A stretch of 63,627 nucleotides of DNA, filler included, from Reclinomonas americana ATCC 50394 (Eukaryota), in the NCBI GenBank assembly GCA_048213135.1. It is 12 parts of 9 records of this genome, joined end to end, with 100 filler letters (N's around TTAATTAATTAA, not from the genome) between each part and the next. Parts side by side here need not be neighbours in the genome. Positions count along the whole stretch, not along the records: positions 1 to 6,432 come from PS015954.1; positions 6,533 to 18,746 come from PS015954.1; 10 more parts are not named here. The stretch is one strand, 5' to 3'. The position numbers and the translations under genes were made by a program. Positions 1 through 11,298 of the stretch are shown piece by piece (within the stretch, counting starts at the first letter, position 1; each line of letters begins with the position of its first letter). The notes under the pieces are model-generated. The model made no database searches. It had not been told where the DNA came from and saw only the letters and a list, made by a program, of their open reading frames with translations.

Positions 1-784
1 GAATGGCAAGGGACAGACGGAGAGTTAATGAGTGGACAGGAGGGTGAGAAAGAGAGACAAGAGCAAGACGCATTTTTTCGCAAATGCGTGGAATAAGGGA
101 AGAAAAAAGAGCTTGAGAGAGTGTGTGCATGAGAGAGAGCAAGAGAGAGCGAGGGACAGAGACGGAGGAAGGGGGAGAGTGACAAAGAGCACGAGGTTCG
201 TTCGCGATCGCTGGCTACTGCTCATTGTTTGTGGTGGTCAGTGAAATAAGTGGAGAAGCAAAGAACACGAGAGACTGCTAGCGACAAGGACAACGAAAGA
301 GTCACAAGGAGAGGCGCGAGAGAAGAAGGGCTGAAGCAGAGAGCAAGGAAGACTGATCATTCTCACGCAGTGGACCTGGTGAAAGAAGTGGAGCGGAAAA
401 CATGAGTGTTCGCGAGAGACAAAAATGATGGAAGGAGTCAGAAGGAGAAGCACGAGAGAAGCAGTGCGCAAGGATAACTGAGAGGGAGATCATTCTCTCG
501 CAGCGGACCATGTGAAAGAAGTGGAGCAGAAAACATGAGAGTTTGAGAGACAAGAACAGCAATAAGAGTGACGAGGGGAAAGGAGAAACAGGGGCTCACA
601 CTGAGAAAAGGATGATTGAGAAGGAGATCATTCTCATGCAGCGGGCCTTGTGAAAGAAGTGGAGCAGAGGACATGGGGATTTGAGAGAGAGAAGAACAGC
701 ACAAATGGGTGACGAGGAAAGAGAGAAGACAGAGCTGAACAGAGAGAAAGAATGACAGAGAGTGACTGTTCTCATGCAGCAAAC

Positions 785-2689
785 CTTGTGCAAGAACGCC
801 ACGGCCTCAGCCAGTCCGAGACCAATCTGCACACGCTGCACGACGGTGAGTGGTGCCTGACCGGCACGCGGTAGCAGCAGCAGATCCTCCAGGTTGGGAA
901 CTCTGCGTGCTTTCACAGTGAGATGATGAAGGGCCAAGAAGGAGGGAAAGTGGAGAACGCACTGCAGGGCCTTGTACACGAGACAGCGTGCCTTGTCGTC
1001 GCCCACCGAGTAGCCGACGAGAGGCACAATGCGACGGTCACGCAGTCGACCCAGGGTGGCGACCTTGTGAGAAGGAACGAGGATGAGGAGAGACAGGGAG
1101 AGAAGAAACAGAAGAGAGGGAAAGTAAGACCTCACTCTCAAACGACTCCATTGTCCACGGTGCAGTGGGGTCGAGCACCTTGATGGCCACGTGCATCTCG
1201 CGAAGCAGAGAGATGAACACGGCACCCTGACCACCTTCACCGACCTTGAGACGGGGGGAGAATGAGTCGGTGGCGAGCACGATCTCGGGCCACTCAAAGC
1301 GCTGCACCGCGGTGTCGACTGTGGAATGAGAGGGAAGGGAGTGAGACATACGCAACAAAAGAGGACATGCGGAGGGAAGAGATGCAGACCTTGGGCGAGG
1401 AGGAGTTCTTGTCGGAGTTGGGAGACGAGTTGATCTCTTTCTTGAAGCTGTACGGCGAGGTCGTCCTTGTCGCGGAGTGCCACAGTCAGCTGGGAGGCGA
1501 TTCGATCCCTCTCGGCTTGCAGTTGGGCATGCGCTCGCTGTCCCTCAGCATGCGCTTGCTGCCATTGCGTCACGGCTTGATACAGTTGGACCACTTGCTG
1601 GTGCTCTGCGGCATGCGCTTGCTGGAACTGGGTGACTTGCTGTTGCAGCTGGACATTCTTCCGCTCCTCATCGACCTTGCCATGTTGCAGTTGAGCGTTG
1701 GATTGCTGCAACTGCGCCACAATGTCCTCGTGCTCTCGTCGCTGCCGATCCCACTCTCGCTGTTGCTCTTCACGCTCCTGCTGCGCTGCAGCGAGATCGC
1801 GCTGGAGCTGAGCATTCTGACGAGTCACGGTGTCGACGTCGACAACCTGGACAGAGAGGGAGAAGGAGAATTAAATGCAGATAGGAAGTGGATGACTCAC
1901 GAACAGAGTCAGCCTCACCTGGTGTGGCGGCACTGTGTGTTGCGCAGGGCGATACACACAAATGGAACAGTGTGAGAAGAAAGAACACCAGCTGAACAAC
2001 ATAAGGGCAACCAAACCTGCAGGTGGAGGAGGTGGGGGCGATCGCGCCTGTACATGTTGCTGTTGGTGACGTGGATGCGCTGGCTGCGCAGCAAGGCGCT
2101 CGAGCAATTCGGCCAGTTGCTGATTGCGTGCCACCTGAGGTGCCGTCCAGCCCTCATTGTCGACCATGGGAATGAGGTCGGGGAAGCGAGTGGCGAGGAG
2201 TCGCACAATGGCTTCGTGGCCCCTCTCGGCAGCCTTGTGCAGTGCTGTTTCACCGTAGTTGTTCACCGCCCGCACTATCTCCGGCGGACAGCGTCGCTCA
2301 TCGGCCAGCAACCACTCCACCACTTGCAGCTGGTCATAGGCGGCAGCCATCAGCGGTGTCCAGCCATCGTCGTTGACCATTTGCGCGAGTTGTGGCCCAA
2401 CACCACTCTCCTCCCACAAATATGCCAACACAGAGAGATGGCCTTCGCAAGCGGCCCAGTAGAATGCCGAGGCGCCGTATTTGTCCATCTCCTCTCTCTT
2501 CAGCAGTGTCTGTGCGCCCTCACTCGCCACCAACTCGCGCAGTCCCCTCACGTCACCTTCCATCCCCATCCCCCATGCTCCAATCCTCGGTTGCTGACTG
2601 CCAGTTCAAACAGAAACACAAACAACAAGATTGAGTGCGTTGATGAGATGCCTTCTGACAGCAACAAGACGCACACAAACACACCTCAC
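785..2689 (-). CDS. Ankyrin repeat - coiled coil - RLK/Pelle/IRAK-like kinase, copy 1 (spliced; 3' kinase exons lie beyond the window start)
   Basis: ANK motifs (GWTPLMAAA, GETALHKAAERGHEAIVRLL), Q-rich coiled coil, then FEWPEIVLATDSFS..KVGEGGQGAVF..VAIKVL..FESEVATLGRLRDRRIVPLVGY..RVQIGLGLAEAVAFLHK over GT-AG introns. The position of the paralogs' first-exon ATG is GTG here (2689), so the start is uncertain. Confidence 0.85.
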
Positions 2690-2776
2690 TCTTCTCAAGC
2701 CGGAATCCAGCAGGGACTCTTGCACATACAGACACAGCACAGAGAACTGCCTTCTCCCCACCCTGCCTTTGCCGAG

Positions 2777-2809
2777 TTCTTCCGCGTGTCCTGTTTCATG
2801 GCGGACGAT
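2777..2809. promoter_or_regulatory. Conserved upstream element of the ANK-kinase genes (TTCTTCCGCGTGTCCTGTTTCATGGCGGACGAT)
   Basis: 33 bp identical to 12120-12152, with close variants at about 6277-6305 and 9016-9045. Always about 80-110 bp upstream of the first exon. Confidence 0.55.
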
Positions 2810-3053
2810 TCTGCAGAGATGAAGCAGGCGACGTTGCGTGCCCTGACTCAACCACCACCCTTTTTGCATCTTGGTAAACCGTGACCTCATTCGTGTACCG
2901 CCAGGGGTCAGCGGTCACGGAATGTCATCGGGTGGCGATACAAGGTGAGTGGAAGGCATCATAGTGCCAAACCGCTCATTCCAGGGGTTGAGAGTTGTTG
3001 CTTGGTGCTCGGCGACGGTGTGCCAAACCCCCCTTCTCCTTCCCTTCTTTCAC

Positions 3054-6000
3054 TCACAACTCCATCGTAAACTGCCCACACGCCTCACGAATGACCCGCA
3101 TCCTGTCGAGCACCTCCAGCGCCGTCGGCCGGTCTCGTCGCACACCCATGCACTGCATACCGAGCTCGAACATTGGCTCGGCGATGCGCGGAGTCCACTC
3201 CACGCTTCCATCCACCAGCTCCATGACGCGCAGCGACTCTGGCGACTCGTCCCAATCCAGAGACCACTCGCCCACCGTCACCATCGGTTTGGCGGTGACC
3301 AGCTGCACGAGTACCACGCCCATGCTGTACACGTCGTGCTTGGGCAGTGGACGCCGGGCGCGGAAGGCCAGCGGGTCCATGTAATCAAGCGTGTCAGCGA
3401 CGGCGGTCGACTGCGAGAGGTGAGTGAGTGAGAAAAAGGGAGTGAAAGAAGAGAGACGGAGAGGAAGACCAAACCTTGTCTCCAGCAGTAGATCGCGCAA
3501 TGCCAAAGTCACCAAGGCATGGCTCGAAGCGGTGATCGAGCAGCACGTTGGCGGGTTTGATGCCGCGGTGCACCACATCATTCTGGAGAGTGGATCGAAA
3601 GGGGAAAAGAAGTGAGGGAAGGATCAATAACGAAGAGCACGACAAGCGACGAGGCGTGTTGCGCGTGGAAACAAGGCTGACGGAGAAAGGAGAGTAAATG
3701 AGCGAGCAGGAGGAAAGGAAACGAGAGAGAAAGAGCAGAACACTTGGCGAAGATATTGTTGAAAGAGCGCGAGAGAGTGTATGCACGAGAAACAAGCACA
3801 GAGTGTGTGCGGGACAGAGACGGAGCGAGGGGGGGGTACGACAAAGAGCACGAGACTCTCAACGATCGCTGCCATGGCCACACATTATTTGTTGGTGGTC
3901 AGTGAACTAAAGTGGGGCAGCAGAGAACACGGGAGACTGCAAGCGACAAGAACAACGAAAGAGTCAGAAGGAGAAGCACGAGAGAAGAAGTGAGCAAAGA
4001 AGGCAGAGATAAGTCTCATGCAGCGGCCCTTGTACAAGAAGTGGAGCGGAAAACATGAGTGTTCGCGAGAGATAAAATGATGGAAGAGACAGAAGGATAA
4101 GCACGAGAGAAGCAGTGCGCGATAACTGAGCGGGAGATCATTCTTACGCAGCGGACCTTGTCGAAGCAATGGAGCAAGAGAACATTAGGGTTTGCGAGGG
4201 ACAAGAACAGCACAAAAGAGTGACAAGGAGAAAAGAGAAGAGAGAGAAAAAAGAAGAGAGAAGGAAAGACAAAGTGTGACAGTATTCACATGCAGCGTGC
4301 CTTGTGCAAAAACGCCACGGCCTCGGCCAGTCCGATACCAATCTGCACACGCTGCACGACAGAGAGTGGTGCCTGACTGGCACGCGGCAGCAGTAACAAG
4401 TCTTCCAGGTTGGGAACTCTGCGTGCTTTCACAGTGAGATGATGAAGGGCCAAGAAGGAGGGAAAGTGGAGAACGCACTGCAGGGCCTTGTACACGAGAC
4501 AGCGTGCCTTGTCGTCGCCCACCGAGTATCCAACGAGAGGCACAATGCGACGGTCGCGCAGGCGTCCGAGGGTGGCGACCTGCGAGAAGAGGGACGAAGC
4601 ATGAGGAGAGACAGGGAGAGAAGGAAAGGAGATGGAGACACAGACCTCACTCTCAAACGACTCCATCGTCCACGGCGCTTCGGGGTCGAGCACCTTGATG
4701 GCCACGTGCATCTCGCGAAGGAGAGTGGTGAACACGGCACCCTGGCCGCCTTCGCCGAACTTGAGCCGGGGTGAGAATGAGTCGGTGGCTTGCACGATCT
4801 CGGACCACTCGAAACGCTGCACGGCACTGTCGACTGTGGAATTAGAGTGAAGGGAGTGAGATTTGGGAAGATGAAAGAAAGTGGAAAAACATGCAGACCT
4901 TGAGCAGGGAACAGTTCCTGTCGGAGCTGGGAGACGAGTTGATTGCTTTCTTGAAGCTGCGCAGCGAGATTGTCCTTGTCACGCAGAGCCACATCCCGCT
5001 CAGCCTGCAGTTGGGCGTTCGCCTGCTGCTCTCTCGCGTGTGCTTGCTGCCATTGCGCGACAGCTTGTTGCAGCTGGGTGTTGATCTCCTGCTGTTGAGA
5101 AACTTGTTGCTGCAGCTGAGCATTCTTCTCCTCCTCAACGATCTTGCCACGCTGCAGCTCAGCATTGGCTTGCTGCAGCTGGGCCACGATGTCCTCGTGC
5201 TCTCGTCGCTGTCGATCCCACTCTCGCTGTTGCTCTTCATGCTCCTGCTGCGCAGCAGCGAGATCGCGCTGGAGTTGAGCAACCTGACGAGTCACGGTTT
5301 CGTCGTCGACCACCTGGACAGAGAGGGAGAAGGAGAATGTAATGCAGATACGAGATTGATGACTCACGAACGAGTCAGCCTCACCTGGTGTGCTGGCACT
5401 GCGTGTTGCGCAGGGCGATACACACAAATACACACGTGGAACAGTGTGAGAAGAAAGAACACCAGTTGAACAAAAACAGGCAACCAACCTGCAGGTGGGG
5501 GAGGTGGGGGAGATTGCGCCAGTTGTTCTTGTTGTTGTTGACGAGGTGGTACAGGTTGCGCAGCGAGGCGGTCGAGCAACTCGGCCACCTGTCCATAGAG
5601 GTTGTCGCGTGCCTCTTGAGCTGCTGTCTTGCCCCTCCTGTCGACCGCCGGAATGAGGTCGGGGAAGCGAGTGGCGAGAAGTTGCACAACGTCCTCGCGG
5701 CCATTCGCGGCAGCATAGTGTAGTGCAGTGTCACCGTCGTTGTCGCTCGCCCGCACCATCTCTGGCGGACAGCGTCGCTCATCGGCAAGCAACCACTCCA
5801 CCACTTGCAGCTGGTCATAGGCGGCAGCCATCAATGGCGTCGCGCCGCCATTGGAGATCATTTGCGCGAGCTGTGATCCGACGCCACTCTCCTCCCACAA
5901 ATACTCCAACACAGAGAGATGGCCATAGGCAGCGGCGTAGTGGAATGCCGAGCTGCCACGCTCATTCATGTCCTCTCTCTCCAGCAGAGTACGGGCGCCT

Positions 6001-6173
6001 TCGCGAGCCACCAACTCGCGCAGTGCCTTCACATCGCCATCCCTCCCCATCTCCCATGCTTTCTTCCTCTGCTGCTGACTGCCAGGTTAAACAAAACCAC
6101 AAACAACGAGAGAGTGAGTGTGTTGAAACGCTATTCGGACAACACGTACAAGACACAAACAAGCACACCTCAT
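3054..6173 (-). CDS. Ankyrin - coiled coil - RLK/Pelle-like (pseudo)kinase, copy 2, complete
   Basis: Exons reconstructed by eye: ATGAG (6173-6169), ANK exon 6078-5489, 14-nt exon 5398-5385, coiled-coil exon, three N-lobe exons, 3582-3475 (VVHRGIKPANVLLD..GDFGIAR), 3410-3054 (DTLDYMDP..DVYSMGVVLVQLVT..RPTALEV, stop TGA). Confidence 0.88.
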
Positions 6174-6432
6174 TCTTCCCAGGCAGAATCCAGCAGAGAG
6201 CACTCGCACACAGAGACAAGCACAGAGAGCACTGCCTTCTCCCCGGCCAAGATGCTGTGAGAAGGGACGACGGTTTTCCCGCGTGTCCTGTTCTTGGCGG
6301 ACGATTCTGTGGCGACGTTACTTGCACTCACTCAGACCACCACATTTTTCAGTATCTTGGTAAACCTTGACCTCATTCGTGTGCCACCAGGGGCCCACGG
6401 TCAAGAGATGCCACTGGATGTACATGTGCGAC

Positions 6433-6532
6433 NNNNNNNNNNNNNNNNNNNNNNNNNNNNNNNNNNNNNNNNNNNNTTAATTAATTAANNNNNNNNNNNN
6501 NNNNNNNNNNNNNNNNNNNNNNNNNNNNNNNN
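6433..6532. other. Assembly gap linker (N-TTAATTAATTAA-N, 100 nt); the same linker recurs at about 18747, 22176, 24902, 31960, 38425, 41054, 44506, 51421, 54235 and 58759
   Basis: Identical six-frame stop linker embedded in Ns. Genes (carrier, RNase H1, PAP2, CHD) continue across it, so these are gaps inside a scaffold. Confidence 0.95.
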
Positions 6533-7053
6533 GAATGGCAAGGGACAGACGGAGAGTTAATGAGTGGACAGGAGGGTGAGAAAAGAGAGACAAGAGCAAG
6601 ACGCATTTTTTCGCAAATGCGTGGAAGAAGGGAAGAAAAAAGAGCTTGAGAGAGTGTGTGCATGAGAGAGAGCAAGAGAGAGCGAGGGACAGAGACGGAG
6701 GAAGGGGGAGAGTGACAAAGAGCACGAGGATCGTTCGCGATCGCTGGCTACTGCTCATTGTTTGTTGGTGGTCAGTGAAATAAGTGGAGAAGCAAAGAAC
6801 ACGAGAGACTGCTAGCGACAAGGACAACGAAAGAGTCACAAGGAGAGGCGCGAGAGAAGAAGGGCTGAAGCAGAGAGCAAGGAAGACTGATCATTCTCAC
6901 GCAGCGGGCCTTGTGAAAGAAGTGGAGCAGAGGACACGGGGATTTGAGAGAGACAAGAACAGCACAAATGGGTGACGAGGAAAGAGAGAAGACAGAGCTG
7001 AACAGAGAGAAAGAAAGACAGAGAAAGAGGAAGACTATTCGCATGCAGCAAAC

Positions 7054-8910
7054 CTTGTGCAAGAACGCCACCGCTTCGGCCAGTCCGAGACCAATCTGCA
7101 CACGCTGCACGACGGTGAGTGGTGCCTGACCGGCACGTGGCAGAAGCAACAGATCCTCCAGGTTGGGGACCCTGTGTGCTCAACAGTGAGATGATGATGG
7201 AAAAGAAGAAGGAAAGAAAGAGACATGAACACGCACTGCAGGGCCTTGTACACGAGACAGCGCGCCTTGTCGTCGCTCACCGAGTAGCCGACGAGAGGCA
7301 CAATGCGACGATCCCGCAGGCGTCCGAGGGTGGCGACCTGCGAGAAGACGGACGAAGCATGAGGAGAGAGAGGAGATGGAAAGGAGATGGAGACACAGAC
7401 CTCACTCTCAAACGACTCCATCGTCCACGGCGCTTCGGGGTCGAGCACCTTGATGGCCACGTGCATCTCGCGAAGCAGAGTGATGAACACGGCACCCTGA
7501 CCACCCTCGCCGATCTTGAGACGGGGCGAGAATGAGTCGGTGGCTTGCACGATCTCGGACCACTCGAAACGCTGCACGGCAGTGTCGACTGTGGAATGAG
7601 GGGGAAGGGAGTGAGATTTGGGAAGATGAAAGAAAGTGGAAAAACATGCAGACCTTGAGCAGGGAACAGTTCCTGTCGGAGCTGGGAGACGAGTTGATCT
7701 CTTTCTTGAAGCTGTACGGCGAGATTGTCCTTGTCACGAAGCGCCACAGTCAACTGGGAGGCGATTTGATCTCGCTCGGCCTGCAGTTGGGCGTTCGCCT
7801 GCTGCTCTCTCGCGTGTGCTTGCTGCCATTGCGCGACAGCTTGTTGCAGCTGGGCGTTGATCTCCTCCTCAACGATCTTGCCACGCTGCAGCTCAGCATT
7901 GGCTTGCTGCAGCTGGGCCACAGTGTCCTCGTGCTCTCGTCGCTGTCGATCCCACTCTCGCTGTTGCTCTTCACGCTCCTGCTGCGCAGCAGCGAGATCG
8001 CGCTGGAGCTGAGCAACCTGACGAGTCACGGTTTCGTCGTCGACCACCTGGACAGAGAGGGAGAAGGAGAACTTAATGCAGATACGAGATTGATGACTCA
8101 CGAACGAGTCAGCCTCACCTGGTGTGCTGGCACTGCGTGTTGCGCAGGGCGATACACACAAATACACACATGGAACAGTGTGAGAAGAAAGAACACCAGT
8201 TGAACAAAAAAGGCAACCAAAAAACCTGCAGGTGGCGGAGGTGGGGGAGATTGCGCCAGTTGTTCTTGTTGCTGTTGACGAGGTGGTACAGGTTGCGCAG
8301 CAAGGCGGTCGAGCAACTCAGCTACTTGTCCGTAGAGGTTGTCGCGTGCCTCTTGAGCTGCTGTCTTGCCCCTCCTGTCGACCGCCGGAATGAGGTCGGG
8401 GAAGCGAGTGGCGAGGAGTTGCACAACGTCCTCGCGGCCATTCGCGGCAGCATAGTGCAGTGCAGTGTCACCGTCATTGTCGCTCGCCCGCACCATCTCC
8501 GGCGGACATCGTCGCTCATCGGCCAGCAACCACTCCACCACTTGCAGCTGGTCATAGGCGGCAGCCATCAATGGCGTCGCGCCGCCATTGGAGATCATTT
8601 GGGCGAGCTGTGATCCGACGCCACTCTCCTCCCACAAATACTCCAACACAGAGAGATGGCCATAGGCAGCGGCGTAGTGGAATGCCGAGCTGCCACGCTC
8701 ATTCATGTCCTCTCTCGCCAGCAGAGTACGGGCGCCTTCGCGAGCCACCAACTCGCGCAGTGCCTTCACATCGCCATCCCTCCCCATCTCCCATGCTTTC
8801 TTCCTCTGCTGCTGACTGCCAGTTTAAACAAAACCACAAACAACGAGAGAGTGAGTGTGTTGAAACGCTATTCGGACAACACGTACAAGACACACACAAG
8901 CACACCTCAT
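7054..8910 (-). CDS. Ankyrin - coiled coil - RLK/Pelle-like kinase, copy 3 (3' exons lost in the gap at 6433-6532)
   Basis: Same exon architecture as copy 2. The ANK exon is nearly identical to copy 2. ATGAG|gt first exon at 8910-8906. Confidence 0.85.
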
Positions 8911-9735
8911 TCTTCCCAGGCAGAATCCAGCAGAGAGCACTCGCACACAGAGACAAGCACAGAGAGCACTGCCTTCTCCCCGGCCAAGATGCTGTGAGAA
9001 GGGACGACGGAGTTTTCCCGCGTGTCCTGTTCTTGGCGGACGATTCTGTGGGCGACGTTGCTTGCACTCACTCAGCCACCACACTTTTCAGTATCTTGGT
9101 GAACCTTGATCTCATTTGTGTGCCACAAGGGGCCCACGGTCACGGGATGCCACTGGATGTACATGTGCGATNNNNNNNNNNNNNNNNNNNNNNNNNNNNN
9201 NNNNNNNNNNNNNNNNNNNNNNNNNNNNNNNNNNNNNNNNNNNNNNNNNNNNNNNNNNNNNNNNNNNNNNNNNNNNNNNNNNNNNNNNNNNNNNNNNNNN
9301 NNNNNNNNNNNNNNNNNNNNNNNNNNNNNNNNNNNNNNNNNNNNNNNNNNNNNNNNNNNNNNNNNNNNNNNNNNNNNNNNNNNNNNNNNNNNNNNNNNNN
9401 NNNNNNNNNNNNNNNNNNNNNNNNNNNNNNNNNNNNNNNNNNNNNNNNNNNNNNNNNNNNNNNNNNNNNNNNNNNNNNNNNNNNNNNNNNNNNACCGGGG
9501 CGATCGAACAAAACGAGTGGGAGGCATCATCCGCTCACTCCAGTGGTTGAGAGTTGTCGCTGGGTGCTCGGCAAGCAAGAGGAGAAGGTGGCCAAAGCCC
9601 TCTTGTCCTTCGCCAGATTTCACTCAAAGCTCCAAAGTGAACTGCCATCATGTGCCAAACCCCTTCAGTGGTAGAGAGTTGTCGGTGAGTGCTCGGCGAT
9701 CAAGACACGAGGGCTTGTTAACAGGCCCCTTACCT

Positions 9736-9890
9736 TCAGCTGCTTTCTCTCACAACTCCGACGTGAACTGCCCACACCCTCGCGAATGGCCCGCATCCTG
9801 TCCAGCACCTCCCGCGCCGTAGTTCTCTCGTCGCACACTCATGCACTGGCTCGGCGATGCGCGGCGTCCACTCCACATCTCGCCGACAGT
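9736..9890 (-). pseudogene. Degenerate remnant of the last kinase exon of copy 4
   Basis: VEWTPRIAEP matches copy 2's last exon and is followed by a deletion/frameshift. The 3' flank (about 9510-9790) resembles copy 2's 3' flank (about 2940-3060). Confidence 0.7.
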
Positions 9891-10337
9891 TGCGCACTCC
9901 ACGAAACGTAGTTAGAAGGAGCAACAAGGGAAGAGGAGAAAAACGATAAAGAAGTAACCAGTCGCATGTCTTGTCGAGAGTAAGTGACCCTTGAACGACT
10001 CTTGGGTTCAAGGATTCCACCTTCCACAGTGTAACAAGAGAGCAGAGCACTTGGCAGGCAGCAGAGAGGACTCTGACCACCTCCCTTGCCATTCGCTCCC
10101 TCCCTTCTCCCTCCTCTCCCTCCTCTCTCCTCCACTCCATCCCAGGCCGCGACCCATCGCCATTCCCTCCAGCCCGACAATCGCCTCACGAACCACCACT
10201 GCTCACCTTCCACAACCTCCTCATCCACATCCCCATAAACCTACAGGCGACACGACAGTGGAAACCTGCCCAACGCTTCACTCGCAACGTCGACAACTTG
10301 CTGAAAAAGATTGATTCGAGACACACTCCGCACTTGC

Positions 10338-11267
10338 TCACTGGTCGCTTCCCCTTCCTTGTGCATGCTGAGCGATTGTTTCTTTGCAAACCCAGATAAA
10401 GTGAGGACGAGGCACGGGAAACGAGAGAGTGCGAGAGACGAACACACCCTGCGCACGAGCGAGATCCTCCCGAAGCTGCGCCACGAGTTGATCCCTCTCC
10501 CGCAACTGCGCGGCGAGATCGTCCTTCTCACGCAGTGCCGCCGCCAGCTGTGCGTCGAGTCGATCCCGCTCAGCCTGCAGCTGGGCGACTCGCTGCTCCT
10601 CTGTGCCCTGCCGCTCCTGCGCAACAACAATTTCGCGTTCCCGTCGCTGCTCCTCCACCTCCCGCTGCTGCTCCTCACACTCCAGCAGCGCGGCGGCAAG
10701 ATCCCGCTCCAGTTGCGCAATGACTGCATCCTTGTCGATAGCCACCTTGCGCACAAGCGAGAATGAGCGAAATGCTGAGACAAATGAGGGAGCAGAACAT
10801 CCGTCTCACCTGCTGGCGTGCTGGTGCTGCGTTGTTCCAGAGAGGCGACACACGAAGCACAGAAGTGAGCAGGAAGAGAGCGCAGAACAACAAAGGGGGC
10901 GGGGACAACGAAACGACAAGCAGCAAGTGAGAAGTGAGCAGGAAAACACAGGAGAGACCACGCCTGTTGCAAAATGGACGGCACACGGAATAGCACACAG
11001 AGAATGAGAAAGAGAAAGCACAAAAGCGCCAAAGACAGCACACTCTCTGCACAGGGGCGACACGCGTAACAACAAGCAGAGACAGAGAAGCGAGCAGCAA
11101 GAGATCACACATGCAGCAGGAGGGCGACACATGAGACAAGCGGAGAATGAGAACTATGCAGGAAGTGAGTGCAAAACGCAGAAGAGAAAGCGAGCAGGAA
11201 GAAAGCGCACACCACGCGCAGAAGAGAGCACACCTGCTACATACGGGCGACACACGAAACAACAAGC

Positions 11268-11298
<31 letters not shown>

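Noticed and set aside
6477..6488. Recurrent TTAATTAATTAA palindrome
   Set aside because: Always centred in a 100-nt N block; an artificial six-frame stop linker.
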